64,000 nucleotides of DNA from Deltaproteobacteria bacterium (GCA_016875165.1 VGSF01000018.1:399-64398), one strand, 5' to 3'; counted from the stretch's first letter, positions 8,949-19,729 are shown. The notes: generated from the letters alone by a model not told the origin. A program made the numbers and translations.

Positions 8949-10247
8949 TTATGACTTCAACTTTTTCTCTATGTTATCCTTGATCCAGTGCTCATCCCAC
9001 CATTCGATGGGGTTCACAAAAATTCCGTTGACCAGCATGCTGAAATGGAGGTGATCGCCTCCGGCCAGGCCGGTAGTGCCGGTTCTTCCCAGAATATCCC
9101 CCCTCTTCACTTCCTTTTTCTCCTCGGTCTCGATGCGGCTTAAATGAGAATACATGCTGAATAGGCCGCAGCCGTGGTCGATTAGCACTGTTTTGCCGTA
9201 AATTCCAAGCTCTCCGGCAAAGATCACCCTTCCTGAATTGGCCGCCGGGATCGGGCTTTGAGCTAAAGAAGCCAGGTCAACACCCAGGTGGATCTGACGG
9301 TCAATCTCCTTCCCGTTGTGCCAATAGGTGCGCTCTTCAGCAAAGGAAGCCATGGGTTTTGAATTAGGAAGCCTGAGAAAGGACCCAGACCAAAGGGGCT
9401 GGGCTGCTGTATTTTGACAGAGCTCTTTAATTTTTTGGTGATCAGCCTCCCGTTGTTTTTGATTAACCGCCAGAAAAATCTCCAGCGGAGTGCCCCGGAG
9501 GTTCGGGTCTCGTTCGGTAAAATATGGAATAATGTTCTTCAAAAAAGAGTCCGTGACTTGAATTTTATCTTTCTTAAAAGCCTTCCGCTTAAGAATGAGG
9601 CGAAAGCCGGCCTTCGCCCGGTTCCCGGCCTGGTCTTCGGCCATAACCGCAGGTGAAAGATCAGATGGCGCATTCGGGAGAACAGCGAAATAGGCCAGGT
9701 AGCGGTCTTTTTCTATGGCATATCCAGGGAAAAAAACCTCTCCTACCTGAACGCCGTTTTTCGGGATCTCCTCGGAGGTCTGATAGGCAACCAGTCCGGC
9801 CCCGCCCTGATTGATGTAGTGCAAACCACCCTGCACCGTCAACTGGGGAGGGCGGGTATCGATGATTACATCCCTTTCCAGAGTCACTGGATTTCCTCCG
9901 CGCCAGGAATGATCGCGCGCAGTAATTTTTATCCTGATTTCCCCATCTTTAACCCCCTGCGGCAAAGGCCTAAGGGAAATGTTTTTTTCTATAAAAGGAG
10001 TTTTCTTGGGAAAGCCTTCGGTTAGTAGGGTTGTCGATTTCCCCCCCTGCACCGCTTCCACTCGCACTTCAGCCACACCACTCTTCTTATCTTCAACCTT
10101 AAAAGATAACTTCTGCCCGAGATACAGAGCCTCTGGCGTAATTTGAATGGTTGGTTTTTCCCCTTCGAACTTGACCAGCGCCAGCCAGGTCCCTGCACCC
10201 GCCAGAATGACCACCAGAACAATCAAAGCTATCAACATTTTTTTCAT
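8949..10247 (-). CDS. M23-family peptidoglycan metalloendopeptidase
   Basis: N-terminal membrane anchor, then C-terminal HLGVDLA .. GTTGLAGGDHLHFSM motifs (HxxxD, HxH). Confidence 0.8.
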   Translation of the reverse strand: MKKMLIALIVLVVILAGAGTWLALVKFEGEKPTIQITPEALYLGQKLSFKVEDKKSGVAEVRVEAVQGGKSTTLLTEGFPKKTPFIEKNISLRPLPQGVKDGEIRIKITARDHSWRGGNPVTLERDVIIDTRPPQLTVQGGLHYINQGGAGLVAYQTSEEIPKNGVQVGEVFFPGYAIEKDRYLAYFAVLPNAPSDLSPAVMAEDQAGNRAKAGFRLILKRKAFKKDKIQVTDSFLKNIIPYFTERDPNLRGTPLEIFLAVNQKQREADHQKIKELCQNTAAQPLWSGSFLRLPNSKPMASFAEERTYWHNGKEIDRQIHLGVDLASLAQSPIPAANSGRVIFAGELGIYGKTVLIDHGCGLFSMYSHLSRIETEEKKEVKRGDILGRTGTTGLAGGDHLHFSMLVNGIFVNPIEWWDEHWIKDNIEKKLKS

Positions 10248-10308
10248 TTTTTTTTGCCTTTCTTTCTTCCCCAGCTACTATTTTCCACTTTGGGCGAATT
10301 AAATTTTT

Positions 10309-10578
10309 TGTAACACTTTAGCCCTTTGAAAAGAGGTGGGGCGTAAAGTCAGGGGGAATCCATGGTCCGGGGGCCTGGGCGGCCCGCTTGGAATCATAAG
10401 GCGCTGATTTCTTCGCGGGTGGGGCGGGGAAAAAGCCCCCCGCCTCCTCCGGCGGAAAAGAGCGGGGTTCTTCGTGGCCAAGCGAAAACCCAGCCGATGC
10501 TTCCGGCGCGTTCCACCCAGGCCCCCGGACCTCAACAAAGGTGGTAAAACCACTTTTTCAACCCGCTAAATTGATACA
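10309..10578 (-). mobile_element. MITE family A, copy A1
   Basis: Ends TGTAACACTTTAGCCCTTTGAAAAG ... TTTTTCAACCCGCTAAATTGATACA form imperfect TIRs. A 6-bp duplication ATTTTT is present at 10303-10308 and 10579-10584. Confidence 0.7.
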
Positions 10579-10845
10579 ATTTTTTACTATTCAATATTTC
10601 ATAGAACGTCATCGGTGTCAAGACTGACTAACTGTTGAACATTCGGATTAAAAATTTGTTTCGGGTATCGATTTTCGGATTTCTTATTTTTCAATTTACC
10701 TTTTTGGCTCGGGCTATGCCGGGTTAGAGTTGAGGGGTCAAAATAGGCCCGGGAAGGGTAAAACCTTTTCCATTTTGATTGAAAGAGAGCTATAATAAGC
10801 TTCAAGAGCAGCAGGAGAGAGTTACTTTATTTTAGAGGAGCTGTG

Positions 10846-11733
10846 ATGAAAATAAATATATCCGACGTAAAAACCATCGGCATCGGCCTTTTGAGGCCGG
10901 AGGGGGTCATGGCTCTCGATGACGGCACATTGTATGCGGCCGACGCGCGGGGGCAGTGCGCTAAAATTGAGAGGAATGGAAATACCACTTTTTGGGGCTC
11001 AGTCGGTGGCCTGCCTAACGGGATTTGCGTAGACAAGAAAGGTAACTGCATAATCGCCAACATCGGCAACGGTGAGGTGCAATCCCTTTCTTTGCAGGGA
11101 AATCACCAGGTCCTGATGACGGAAGCCGGCTGTAAAAAAATCCCAACCCCCAATTTCCCGTTGATCGATTCCCAGGAAAGGCTTTGGGTCTCCAATTCAA
11201 CAAACCGCCAGAACCTTGATGAAGCCCTGCAGCGGCCCATTCCGGATGGATGTATCGTCCTTCTGGAAAAAGGCCTCCTTAGGATCGTCGCCGAAGAGAT
11301 TTGTTTCGCCAACGGCCTGGCCATTGACTTGGAAGAAAAATTTCTTTATGTAGCTGAGACAATGAAAAGAAGGATTTTGCGTTTTAAAATTGGCGGGAAT
11401 GGGTCTTTGCACGACCGGAAAGTCTACGGCCCGGAAATTCTCGGATCTTTCGGTTTCCCGGACGGAATCGCCTTCGATGAAGCCGGCAATTTATGGATAA
11501 CTTTTCCCCTGTGGAACGCCGTCGGTTATCTTACCCCCCAGCGGGAGCTGGTCATTGCCCTCGAAGACCCCGAAAACAAGGTATTGAAGCGGCCTTCAAA
11601 TATTTGCTTCGGTTGGGAGGGTCGGAAAACCGCGTTCATTGGCAGCCTGGATGGAACAAATATTCCCTATTTTGAAGTTCCCTCGCCGGGTATGGGTCTT
11701 GTCCATCAAAGTAGTATAGATAAACCCGGATAA
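10846..11733 (+). CDS. SMP-30/gluconolactonase/LRE-like beta-propeller protein
   Basis: ATG at 10846 follows RBS AGAGGAG. Repeated ..PNG..D..GN.. blade-like segments and FPDGIAFDEAGNLW. Confidence 0.65.
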   Translation: MKINISDVKTIGIGLLRPEGVMALDDGTLYAADARGQCAKIERNGNTTFWGSVGGLPNGICVDKKGNCIIANIGNGEVQSLSLQGNHQVLMTEAGCKKIPTPNFPLIDSQERLWVSNSTNRQNLDEALQRPIPDGCIVLLEKGLLRIVAEEICFANGLAIDLEEKFLYVAETMKRRILRFKIGGNGSLHDRKVYGPEILGSFGFPDGIAFDEAGNLWITFPLWNAVGYLTPQRELVIALEDPENKVLKRPSNICFGWEGRKTAFIGSLDGTNIPYFEVPSPGMGLVHQSSIDKPG

Positions 11734-11740
11734 AAAGCAT

Positions 11741-12008
11741 TGTATCAGTTTAGCGATTTGAAAAAAATGGTATTAAAGCCTTTGTTGAGGGCCGGGAGCC
11801 AGAGCGGAACGCGCCGGAAGCATCGGTTGGGTTTCCACTTGGCCACGAGGACACAAGATATTTTCTTCTGGAGGAGGCGGGGGTTCTTGCCCGCCCCATA
11901 TGCGGAGAAATTAGCGCCTAATGATTCCAAGCTTCCGCTCTGGCCCCCGGCCTCTGGAATCCCTTAGCCCTTACAACACACCTTTTTTCAAAGAGCTAAA
12001 GTGTTACA
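11741..12008 (+). mobile_element. MITE family A, copy A2
   Basis: Family A TIRs and core. A 6-bp duplication AAGCAT is present at 11735-11740 and 12009-12014. Confidence 0.7.
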
Positions 12009-12041
12009 AAGCATTTAAAGTGAAAGCGTGGATGCGCGAAT

Positions 12042-13214
12042 ATGAAGAACAGTAATTATGACATCATTATCGTGGGGGGCGCTGTGATGGGCTCATCGGT
12101 GGCCTTCCACCTGCTAACTGACGAGCCAAAACTCAAACTGGCCGTAGTCGAACGTGACCCGGCCTACACCCGGGCTTCTACAGCTCTTTCTCTGGGAGGC
12201 GTCAGAATCCAGTTCAGCTTTAAAGAAAACATTCAGATATCCCTTTATGCCCAGAAGTGCTTCGCCACTTTTGAAGAGGAGATGGCCGTAAACGGCGTGA
12301 AACCGTCTATTCAATTCCGCCAGGAGGGTTATCTCTTTTTGATCGAAGACTCTGGCCGGGCTCTGGCCGAAGAAGCCCTGACTTTGCAGAAGAGTCTGGG
12401 AGGAGAAGCGGAATGGTGGTCGGCAGAAGAAATTAAAAAGCGCTTCCCTTTATTTTCAGCCGATGGTTTTATCGGAGGCACCTTCGGCCCCAAAGACGGC
12501 TATCTGGATCCTTACGGGTTATTGATGGGCTACCGGGCCAAGGCTGTATCTCTCGGGGCGTATTATATTGCCGATGAAGTGGTTGAACTCAGAAAATCCG
12601 GGAAAACCATGAGCGGCGTGGGCCTGGCCTCCGGGCAAATCCTGAATAGTCCAATAATTGTTAATGCCGCCGGAGCCTGGTCAGCCGAACTGGCCCGAAC
12701 TGCCGGGGTGGAATTGCCGATTATTCCAATCCGGCGTGAAGTCTTCGCCGTTAAACCTTCTGTCAACCTCGAACGCCCCCTTCCTTTGACGATCACCCCC
12801 TCGGGCCTCTACTTCCGATCCGAAACCGGGGGACTGATACTCGTCGGCCGTTCCCTGGAGGAAGATAAAGTTGGTTTTGATTTCAACTGGGATTGGGGGC
12901 GCTTTCAAGAGACCCTCTGGCCCGAGCTGGTAAGGATCATTCCGGCCTTTGAAACGCTCAAGCTCGTAAGGGGCTGGGCTGGTCTTTATGACCAGAACCT
13001 TCTCGACAGCAACGCCTTCCTGGGTCCATGGCCTGAACTCCAAGGATTATATTTAATCAATGGATTCTCCGGCCACGGCCTTCAGCAGTCTCCAGCCGCC
13101 GGTCGGTACCTTGCTGAATTGATCTTGGGACGAACCCCTACCCTTGACCTGAGATGCTTTAGCCCCCAGCGGATTCTGGATCATCGCCCCCTCCAGGAAG
13201 GAGGCATAGTTTAG
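12042..13214 (+). CDS. FAD-dependent oxidoreductase (DAO/sarcosine-oxidase-beta-like)
   Basis: N-terminal dinucleotide fold DIIIVGGAVMGSSVAF and C-terminal GFSGHGLQQSPAAG. Confidence 0.8.
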   Translation: MKNSNYDIIIVGGAVMGSSVAFHLLTDEPKLKLAVVERDPAYTRASTALSLGGVRIQFSFKENIQISLYAQKCFATFEEEMAVNGVKPSIQFRQEGYLFLIEDSGRALAEEALTLQKSLGGEAEWWSAEEIKKRFPLFSADGFIGGTFGPKDGYLDPYGLLMGYRAKAVSLGAYYIADEVVELRKSGKTMSGVGLASGQILNSPIIVNAAGAWSAELARTAGVELPIIPIRREVFAVKPSVNLERPLPLTITPSGLYFRSETGGLILVGRSLEEDKVGFDFNWDWGRFQETLWPELVRIIPAFETLKLVRGWAGLYDQNLLDSNAFLGPWPELQGLYLINGFSGHGLQQSPAAGRYLAELILGRTPTLDLRCFSPQRILDHRPLQEGGIV

Positions 13215-13286
13215 GATCGCGGGCGAAAAAAATTTCCATAAAAAAAGTGGCCTAGATTTAACTGCCTGGGAGTGCATGGCCCGCGG

Positions 13287-13745
13287 TTAATTGAAAGTGA
13301 ACTCCCCCTCCTGCTTCTCTTCTTTTGTTCGAAAATCTTTAATCTGTTGGATAAGGCCATTGATCTTGGCGGTGTAGTTTCGACGCTCGAAAACTTTGCT
13401 GACGATGGCAATGATATCCGCAACGTTAAAAGGCTTGGAGATGAAGTCCCCGGCTCCGTAATGTATGGCTTCTTTGGCGTTGGGTAGAGTTCCCTGTCCG
13501 GTTATGATTATGACATCGATGTTTTTATTGAGCTGCTTGATCTCCCTCAGCACATCGATCCCCGAAAGTCCGGGCATTTTCAAATCAAGTGTGACCAGGT
13601 CTATCTTTTCCCTCTGAATCAAATCCAATGCTTCCTGCCCATTTGCAACCGTGTGCACTTTATAAATGGACTTGAGAATCATGCGCAAGGCTTCCCTGGG
13701 GCCAAGTTCATCGTCAATGACCAGTATCGATCCTTTTGTTTCCAT
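13287..13745 (-). CDS. Stand-alone response regulator receiver protein
   Basis: ILVIDDE .. DLVTLDLKMPGLSG .. VIIITG .. KPF, a CheY-like pattern. Confidence 0.8.
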   Translation of the reverse strand: METKGSILVIDDELGPREALRMILKSIYKVHTVANGQEALDLIQREKIDLVTLDLKMPGLSGIDVLREIKQLNKNIDVIIITGQGTLPNAKEAIHYGAGDFISKPFNVADIIAIVSKVFERRNYTAKINGLIQQIKDFRTKEEKQEGEFTFN

Positions 13746-14014
13746 CTTCTTGCTCCAAAAAATGTTTTTACGACAATCTGCCGAATCTTTCTATTTATTT
13801 TTTAAGCAACTTCTATGCCCTAAAGGAGACTAATCCATTTATGATTTAATCTCTTGATATCTTAAACTTTTTTTTGATGGAGGGGAAAATAATCATTCGT
13901 TTGCCCTGTAACAGCCCCCCTCCCTTGTTAAATCGTCAAATACTTGACGTCAGCATGATTAAAAAAATGGGTGTTGCCGGTTTCCTCCAAATGTTCCCTA
14001 ATTTTTTAGCCTTT

Positions 14015-14155
14015 AACCCAAAAAATGCGCGAATTTATAAAAACCCTTGTAGCAGGCTTTAGCCTGCGAAAGGACGAACCCAAAAGGTTTAAAAATATCT
14101 TCCACAAACGCGCAACCTAAAGGGTTGCGGCTATAATTCGCGCATTTTTTGGGTT
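14015..14155. repeat. 140-nt element bounded by about 24-nt inverted repeats (family E)
   Basis: AACCCAAAAAATGCGCGAATTTATAA (14015-14040) pairs with TATAATTCGCGCATTTTTTGGGTT (14132-14155). Internal hairpins GCAGGCTTTAGCCTGC and GCAACCTAAAGGGTTGC. Confidence 0.5.
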
Positions 14156-14171
14156 GAATCTTTTTGGCCCT

Positions 14172-14747
14172 TCATGCTTCAATTCCTTCGGCTTCACGAA
14201 GAATCCCTTTGGAATACAATCTCCTAACCCCCGTAACCGCCGCCAATATTAAAATAGCAGGAACCCAGACCCAAAATATTTCATTTAAAATGACTTCTCG
14301 TCCCCAGGGGCTTAAAAATATCTCCAGACCAATAGGGGAAACTTTCAAAGGGGTCCAGAGGAAAAAATAACGAGTTTGATCAAAAGGGGAAAAAAAAGCC
14401 ACCCCCAAACCCCCGTCGGTCAGGGCATCAAGGAGACCGTGGGACGATGCAAGTAAAAAGAAAAAGAGCCACAATTTCCGCCATGGCGCGGATAATGGGC
14501 GGTAATCTTTACAGGCAAATCTTATAGCTACCAGACTCACGAGAAAGGCGAATAAAAGAGAGTGGGAAAAACCCCGATGCCCGAGGATATCTCCACAACG
14601 TACCCCTATGAAGAACCCGAATATATCGATATCGGGTAAAATGGAGCAGATAATTGCAGCCATCCAGAATCGCCTGGGCATTTCTTGCGGGAAGAAAGTT
14701 TTCCCCATGGTCAATGAAAAAACTGCATGAGTGAACGCCGATGCCAT
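14172..14747 (-). CDS. Membrane-bound metal-dependent hydrolase (DUF457/YdjM-like)
   Basis: Multi-pass hydrophobic protein with FTHA.. and HRGFSHSLLF motifs. Confidence 0.7.
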   Translation of the reverse strand: MASAFTHAVFSLTMGKTFFPQEMPRRFWMAAIICSILPDIDIFGFFIGVRCGDILGHRGFSHSLLFAFLVSLVAIRFACKDYRPLSAPWRKLWLFFFLLASSHGLLDALTDGGLGVAFFSPFDQTRYFFLWTPLKVSPIGLEIFLSPWGREVILNEIFWVWVPAILILAAVTGVRRLYSKGILREAEGIEA

Positions 14748-14911
14748 AAACAGTAAAAAAGTCTTTAGTCTTCGGAAAAGCGTGTGGCTACTGAGGAACC
14801 GGATGAGTTATGTGAAGGCCGCACTTATGTTGCATAGAGCCTGTATCCTGCTGTATTTTAAGTCATTGTTTTTTGTGGACAGCACATAAGTGATATCGGT
14901 TACATGGTTGG

Positions 14912-15940
14912 ATGTCCCCAAATCTAACAAAAGGAGGTCCAACCATGTTAGAAAGCTTATTCAAGTATCCCGCCGTCCAGGCTCGTCACAGAAATGCTCC
15001 GTTTTTTGAGGAGCGAGACCGCTATCTTAGGCACCGTGCAAAGCAAGGGTGCGCACACGAAACCCTTCTGCGCATCGCCAGAGAGCTTCCCCTGGTTGTT
15101 CAGCTACTGGATATGCCCTCCAAGTCGCTGGTAACGGCTCAGCACATCAAATGGGGTGAAGAACACGACCATCCCTGGGCGGCTATTCAGATCTCGGACG
15201 TTGACGCGTTCCTGAGTTCACGTAACGATAAGGGATGGTGCCGCGTCTCGATTGCCACCTCCGCCAAAGCGCTCAAAGCATTCTTTCACTATGCTGGGCA
15301 ACACTGCTGGTGTCATCCCATGATAGCTCCTGCAATCCAGGGGCCTCGCCTCTTCTCTCAGGATAGTCTCCCTTCAGGTCCAAGCTGGAAAGAGTTTGAA
15401 CGCCTGATTGGCTGCATGACCCCAGACCAGCCTCGGGACATTCGTGACCGCGCCATCATTCTCCTTTTCGCACTTTACGGCCTGAGATCGAGCGAAGTGG
15501 CACGACTCCGTCTTGAGGATATCGCCTGGGAAAGCAGTCGACTATCCGTATACCGATCCAAACAGCGCAAAGCGCAAATCTACCCACTGACATCCACTGT
15601 TGGCCATGCGATCATTCGATACTTGCGAACAGTGCGACAGCAAAGCTCCCATCGAGAGATATTTTTAACCCTCAAAGCACCCCTCCGTCCGCTTTCGGGC
15701 GGCGGTCTCTACAACATTGTCAGCCGGTGCATCGCCAGTGCTGAGGTTCAGACGAGGCACACGGGACCGCACGCATTGCGGCACGCTTGCGCGATGCATC
15801 TGATCTCTGCGGGCTTGTCTCTTAAGGAAATCGGTGATCATCTGGGACACTCCAGCACCTCTGCTACCCGAATCTAGGCGAAGGTGAACCTCGCGGAATT
15901 GCGACTGGTAGCCAATGTCGATTTAGGAGGATGGTCATGA
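14912..15940 (+). pseudogene. RitA-like tyrosine recombinase with a TAG at the catalytic Tyr codon
   Basis: Box II reads HALRHACAMHL..LGHSSTSATRI-TAG-AKV, where Y is expected (TAG at 15875-15877). The frame otherwise stays open to the TGA at 15938-15940, which overlaps the next ATG. Confidence 0.65.
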
Positions 15941-16503
15941 GACTTTCTCAACTCGCCGCCGAATACGTTACCTTCAAACGATCTCTGGGGATGCGCTTTC
16001 GAACAGAATCCGTCATCCTCAATGCCTTTTGCCGAGCCATGGGGGACATCGACATTACACAGGTTAGTTCCATCTCCGTGCAAAATTACCTCGCCGGCAC
16101 AGGCCCGATCACCGCTTTCTGGCATCGAAAGTTCGAAGCCCTCAGCGGATTCTACCGCTATGTCGTTAGCCGAGGCCATATCTCATTCTCTCCCCTGCCA
16201 ACGATCCTCCCCAAACGCCCAGCCCCCTTTCAACCCTACATCTACACCCATGATGAATACCGCACATTGGTTGAAATGACCCATATCCTCGACAAGCGTC
16301 ACAGATACCAGGTGCAACCGGCCACATTCCGCACACTCCTGCTTCTTCTTTATGGTACGGGCCTTCGGATCAGCGAAGCTCTATCACTAACACTGGCTGA
16401 CGTCGATTTGTCCGCTCGTCTACTCGCCATTCACAACACCAAATTCTTCAAGACCAGATGAATGCCCATTGGCCCTCAACTGAGCACTGTGCTTGTCCTT
16501 TAG
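15931..16503 (+). pseudogene. RitB-like tyrosine recombinase, nonsense-interrupted and 3'-deleted
   Basis: YGTGLRISEAL is present. An in-frame TGA at 16459-16461 sits inside FFKTR-stop-MPIGPQL. The rest of the catalytic domain is missing. Confidence 0.6.
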
Positions 16504-16539
16504 GCCAAGGTCCGGCGACAGCCCCCTCGCCCCGCCCGA

Positions 16540-17167
16540 TACCCTTTAAGAAAACTTCCAAGCCCTCCATGGTCTATCTCGAAAAACACGAAATGGACGC
16601 CCTGCTCAATGCCTCCAATCGGCAATGCCCACAAGGCCTTCGAGATCATGCACTGTTGCTTTTTCTGTATAACTCGGGGGCCAGGGCATCCGAGGCAGCA
16701 CAGCTTACCATTGCCGATCTGGATCTTGGCACTCCTCCCTCCGTCACACTCATAGGCAAGGGAGGTAAAGTGCGTCGGTGCCCCTTATGGCCGCAAACGG
16801 CTAGTAAATTGGCTCCTCATATTACCGGACGAGAGCCCCAGGCACCAGTTTTCCTAAATCGCCGCAGGCAACCTATCACACGGTTGGAATCCGTGCTCTC
16901 GTTAAACGATCTGCTCAAGATGCGAGTCGAAAATTGCCCAGCTTATCCGCCAAACCCATCAGCACTCACACCATCCGACATACGACCGCAGTACATCTGT
17001 TACGTTCCGGTGTTGACATCAACACCATCCGCGCTTGGCTGGGACATGTCTGTCTCGATACCACACACATCTACGCAGAGGTTGATCTTGAAATGAAGGC
17101 TAAACCCCTTGCTCAATGTGAGATTCCTCAATCACAATCAGCCATGGTTTTTCTAACGTCGCTCTAA
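16540..17167 (+). pseudogene. RitC-like tyrosine recombinase, 5'-deleted and frameshifted
   Basis: ..RDHALLLFLYNSGARASEAAQL.. is in one frame and HTIRHTTAVHLLRSGVDINTIRAWLGHVCLDTTHIYAEVDLEMK in another (shift near 16890-16940). Confidence 0.6.
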
Positions 17168-17418
17168 CAACCCGGAACTTCGCTTATGTGATGGCCGCAC
17201 GTACCAAAATGTAAAAAAACCGGAAACTTGCTCCCGCTACATAACACAAGTGCGGCCTTCACATAACTCATCTTATCTGCTACAGCACATAAGATGAGGG
17301 AAACCTTCACGTCCGGGTCTGTGGGGAGGGCGTCGGGTAACCGATGCCTTTACCCGGAACCGGATCGCCGATAAATCCGGCTCCCGGTGACCTTTCCGTT
17401 AGGCAAAGGAAGTCAAAT

Positions 17419-17529
17419 ATGAAACGCTCAATTCTATTCCTGTCAATAATTGTGGTGCTCGCACTCAGTTGCGCTATGCAGCCGCGAATCAAGGTCATGC
17501 GGTATACAGCCGTGGAATACGGGACGTAG
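17419..17529 (+). CDS. Possible 36-aa lipoprotein
   Basis: RBS AAGGAAG, then ATG at 17419. MKRSILFLSIIVVLALSCAM.. has a lipobox-like LALSC. The ORF is very short and has no other support. Confidence 0.3.
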   Translation: MKRSILFLSIIVVLALSCAMQPRIKVMRYTAVEYGT

Positions 17530-17578
17530 TTTAAAAATATAACTTTACAAAGAATGGGTTTTCTGGTAAGCGGGATCT

Positions 17579-18356
17579 ATGCCAAGGCAAGCAAGATTGG
17601 ACACTCCCGGGACTCTCCACCATGTGATGATGCGGGGGATTGAAAGAAAGCGAATCTTTCGAGAGGATGAAGAGCGGCCACCTCTTTGAAAACCGCTATA
17701 AATCCATTCTCTGCGAGGAGGAGAACTATCTGTTGGCCCTCATCCGGTATATCCACCTAAATCCCATACGCGCCGGAATAGTAGAGACCATGGAGGAATT
17801 GGAGCGCTATCCCTGGTGCGGTCATAGTGCCCTGGTAGGGAAACGGGAATGTTCCTGGATGGATGTTGATTATGTATTGCTTCAACTGAACGCCAAAAAA
17901 AGGAGAGCGCAAGATGCCTACCGCCGGTTTGTGGGAGAGGGAATTGCTATGGGACATCGGCCGGAGCTGACCGGAGGCGGCCTTATCAGGAGCAAAGGTG
18001 GTTGGTCGCAGGTCGTTTCAGCGAGAAGGAGCGGAGGCAAAGAGGAATATGACGAACGCATTCTGGGGAGTGGAGACTTTGTGAGTGCAGCGCTGAAAGA
18101 AGCCGAGGAGAAAACCAGGCTCCAGCTCAAATTTCGGCAAACCGGCAGAACTCTCACGAAGATCATAGAGCAAGAGTGCGGGCTGGCTAATTTAAGTTAT
18201 CAGGAGCTAAAAGCAGGCGGTCGGCGGAGAATAGTGAGCAGGGTGCGCATCCAGATTGCAAAACGCGGATTGGATGAATTGGGTTTGTCGCTGGCCGAGA
18301 TTGCACGCTATGTTGGCGTGAGTACCTCTGGCATCGCGCGAGCGATTAAACGATGA
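17579..18356 (+). pseudogene. Second RAYT/IS200-like Y1 transposase with an internal deletion removing the HUH motif
   Basis: MPRQARLDTPGTLHHVMMRGIERKRIFREDEE.. joins out of frame to ..GHLFENRYKSILCEEENYLLALIRYIHLNPIRAGIV.. About 65 codons present in the intact copy at 6792-7775, including the HUH motif, are absent. Confidence 0.7.
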
Positions 18357-18442
18357 GCTATGGCGTAAGATATCGGTGAATATTCCATTTCGGTCACTAC
18401 GTCCCCTAAGCACTAAGCACGCGTCCCCTAAGCATGGCGAAT

Positions 18443-19729
18443 TTAAAACTCCTGACTCCGAACCTCTTTCAAAACCGGCACGGTCAAACTTCCCTGGGGC
18501 ATTAGAATAATCCGGGGATGCGGCCCTACTTTAGCGAAGGCCATGGCCAGGGCTTCGCCCATATCTTTAGCAGGGGTGAACAACAAGGTTCGGGACAGAT
18601 TGGCATCCAATCCGGAAATGAGGATAAACTCAGCTTTTTTCATCAACCGGGTAACGGCGTAGGCTTTATGGCCCCCGACGATAAAATCAGAGCGGATCTT
18701 TTCTTCGATCCGTTCGGGAGTTTTATGTTCCTTCATCCATTGCAGGTATTCCTCGGAACCCACTCCCTCGATGCATTCTCCGAGCATGATCACCACTCCG
18801 TCCTGGCGAACGGCCAGCCAGGCGTTATCCATGGTCTTCTGTAACTGGTAAACATTGATATCCTTCGGGTAGCCGCCGCAGCCGGCAATTACCAGGTCGG
18901 CGGGCTCCGGGATTTCGGCCCCGTAAATCATCTCCACGAACCTGCAGCCTTCCAGGTGAGCCTTAATATAGTCCCCGGCAAAAATTTTCAGGAACTCTTT
19001 CTTTTCGTTGAGCACGACATTCAGGAGGAAAGAAGGCCTAAGCATTTCGGTCGCTTCAACCTGGTCTTCATGGACGGGATTTCCGTTGAGTTTCCCCAGG
19101 CCAGCCCCCGGCTCGAGCATGAGGGCATGATTGCGGCAGATCGTTTGGTAAGCTGCCACGCCAGGGAGCAGGGCTTTCCGTCCTCCACCAAACCCGGCAA
19201 AGAAGTGGTAAACGATACTTCCCGTGCAGACAACATGGTCGGCCTCAAGCACCAGCTTATGAAAATAGATGTCGTTGCCCCGGGAAGTAGTGCCCACGTA
19301 TTTGAATTGAGAAGGATCATGGGCATTGCTATTGTACATCCTTACCCGCTCGGCCACATCCGGGCCAACCAGCGACACCATCTCCTCTTCACTCAGTTGG
19401 CGATGGGCTCCTACTGAAAAGATAATGAACATATCCCTATCAGGAATTCCGGCCGCGTTCAATTCGTTAAGTAAGATAGGCATGAATACATGGCTATTGG
19501 CCAACCGGGTGGAGTCGTTGACCAGAAAAGCGACTGTTTGTCCCGGCTTCACAATTTCCCGCAGGGGTTTGGATCGAATCGGATTTCGGATGGCCTTTTG
19601 GATCTCCGCCCCAGGATCCTTAAGAGGGGGATGGTCTTTAATCGTCAACTCTCCCCCAACAAGCCGCGGGTCTAAATTAAAGCGAATCTCCTTTTTCCCA
19701 TACTTAAACCGGTATTCTTTCGTCGCCAT
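18443..19729 (-). CDS. LarA-like (DUF2088) nickel-dependent racemase-family protein
   Basis: From MATKEYRFKYGK..; VAFLVNDSTR, GAHRQLSEEE and GGGRKALLPG regions fit the LarA family as I recall it. The track ORF begins 26 codons upstream. Confidence 0.7.
   Translation of the reverse strand: MATKEYRFKYGKKEIRFNLDPRLVGGELTIKDHPPLKDPGAEIQKAIRNPIRSKPLREIVKPGQTVAFLVNDSTRLANSHVFMPILLNELNAAGIPDRDMFIIFSVGAHRQLSEEEMVSLVGPDVAERVRMYNSNAHDPSQFKYVGTTSRGNDIYFHKLVLEADHVVCTGSIVYHFFAGFGGGRKALLPGVAAYQTICRNHALMLEPGAGLGKLNGNPVHEDQVEATEMLRPSFLLNVVLNEKKEFLKIFAGDYIKAHLEGCRFVEMIYGAEIPEPADLVIAGCGGYPKDINVYQLQKTMDNAWLAVRQDGVVIMLGECIEGVGSEEYLQWMKEHKTPERIEEKIRSDFIVGGHKAYAVTRLMKKAEFILISGLDANLSRTLLFTPAKDMGEALAMAFAKVGPHPRIILMPQGSLTVPVLKEVRSQEF

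Larger units (their letters stand above)
14802..17272 (+). mobile_element. Decayed recombinase-in-trio (RIT) element
   Basis: Three tandem tyrosine-recombinase genes bounded by inverted repeats: GATGAGTTATGTGAAGGCCGCACTTATGTT (14802-14831) and its near-perfect reverse complement (17243-17272). Subterminal CAGCACATAAG motifs at about 14882 and 17284. Confidence 0.7.

Noticed and set aside
10299-10553. Arg/Pro-rich ORFs on both strands inside every family A MITE (also 11740-11967, 48076-48318, 51242-51550, 51578-51781, 56629-56859, 63689-63922)
   Set aside because: ORFs are open on both strands because of the high GC content. The frame is not preserved between subfamilies (A2 shifts after RRRG), the composition (RRKHR, RRRRRG, PPRPP) is not protein-like, and the elements have TIRs and target duplications.
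15875-15877. TAG at the RitA catalytic Tyr position as evidence for stop-codon reassignment
   Set aside because: The neighbouring RitB-like and RitC-like genes are independently broken by a TGA, a deletion and a frameshift. Decay of a dead element is therefore the simpler explanation, and nothing else in the window suggests TAG recoding.
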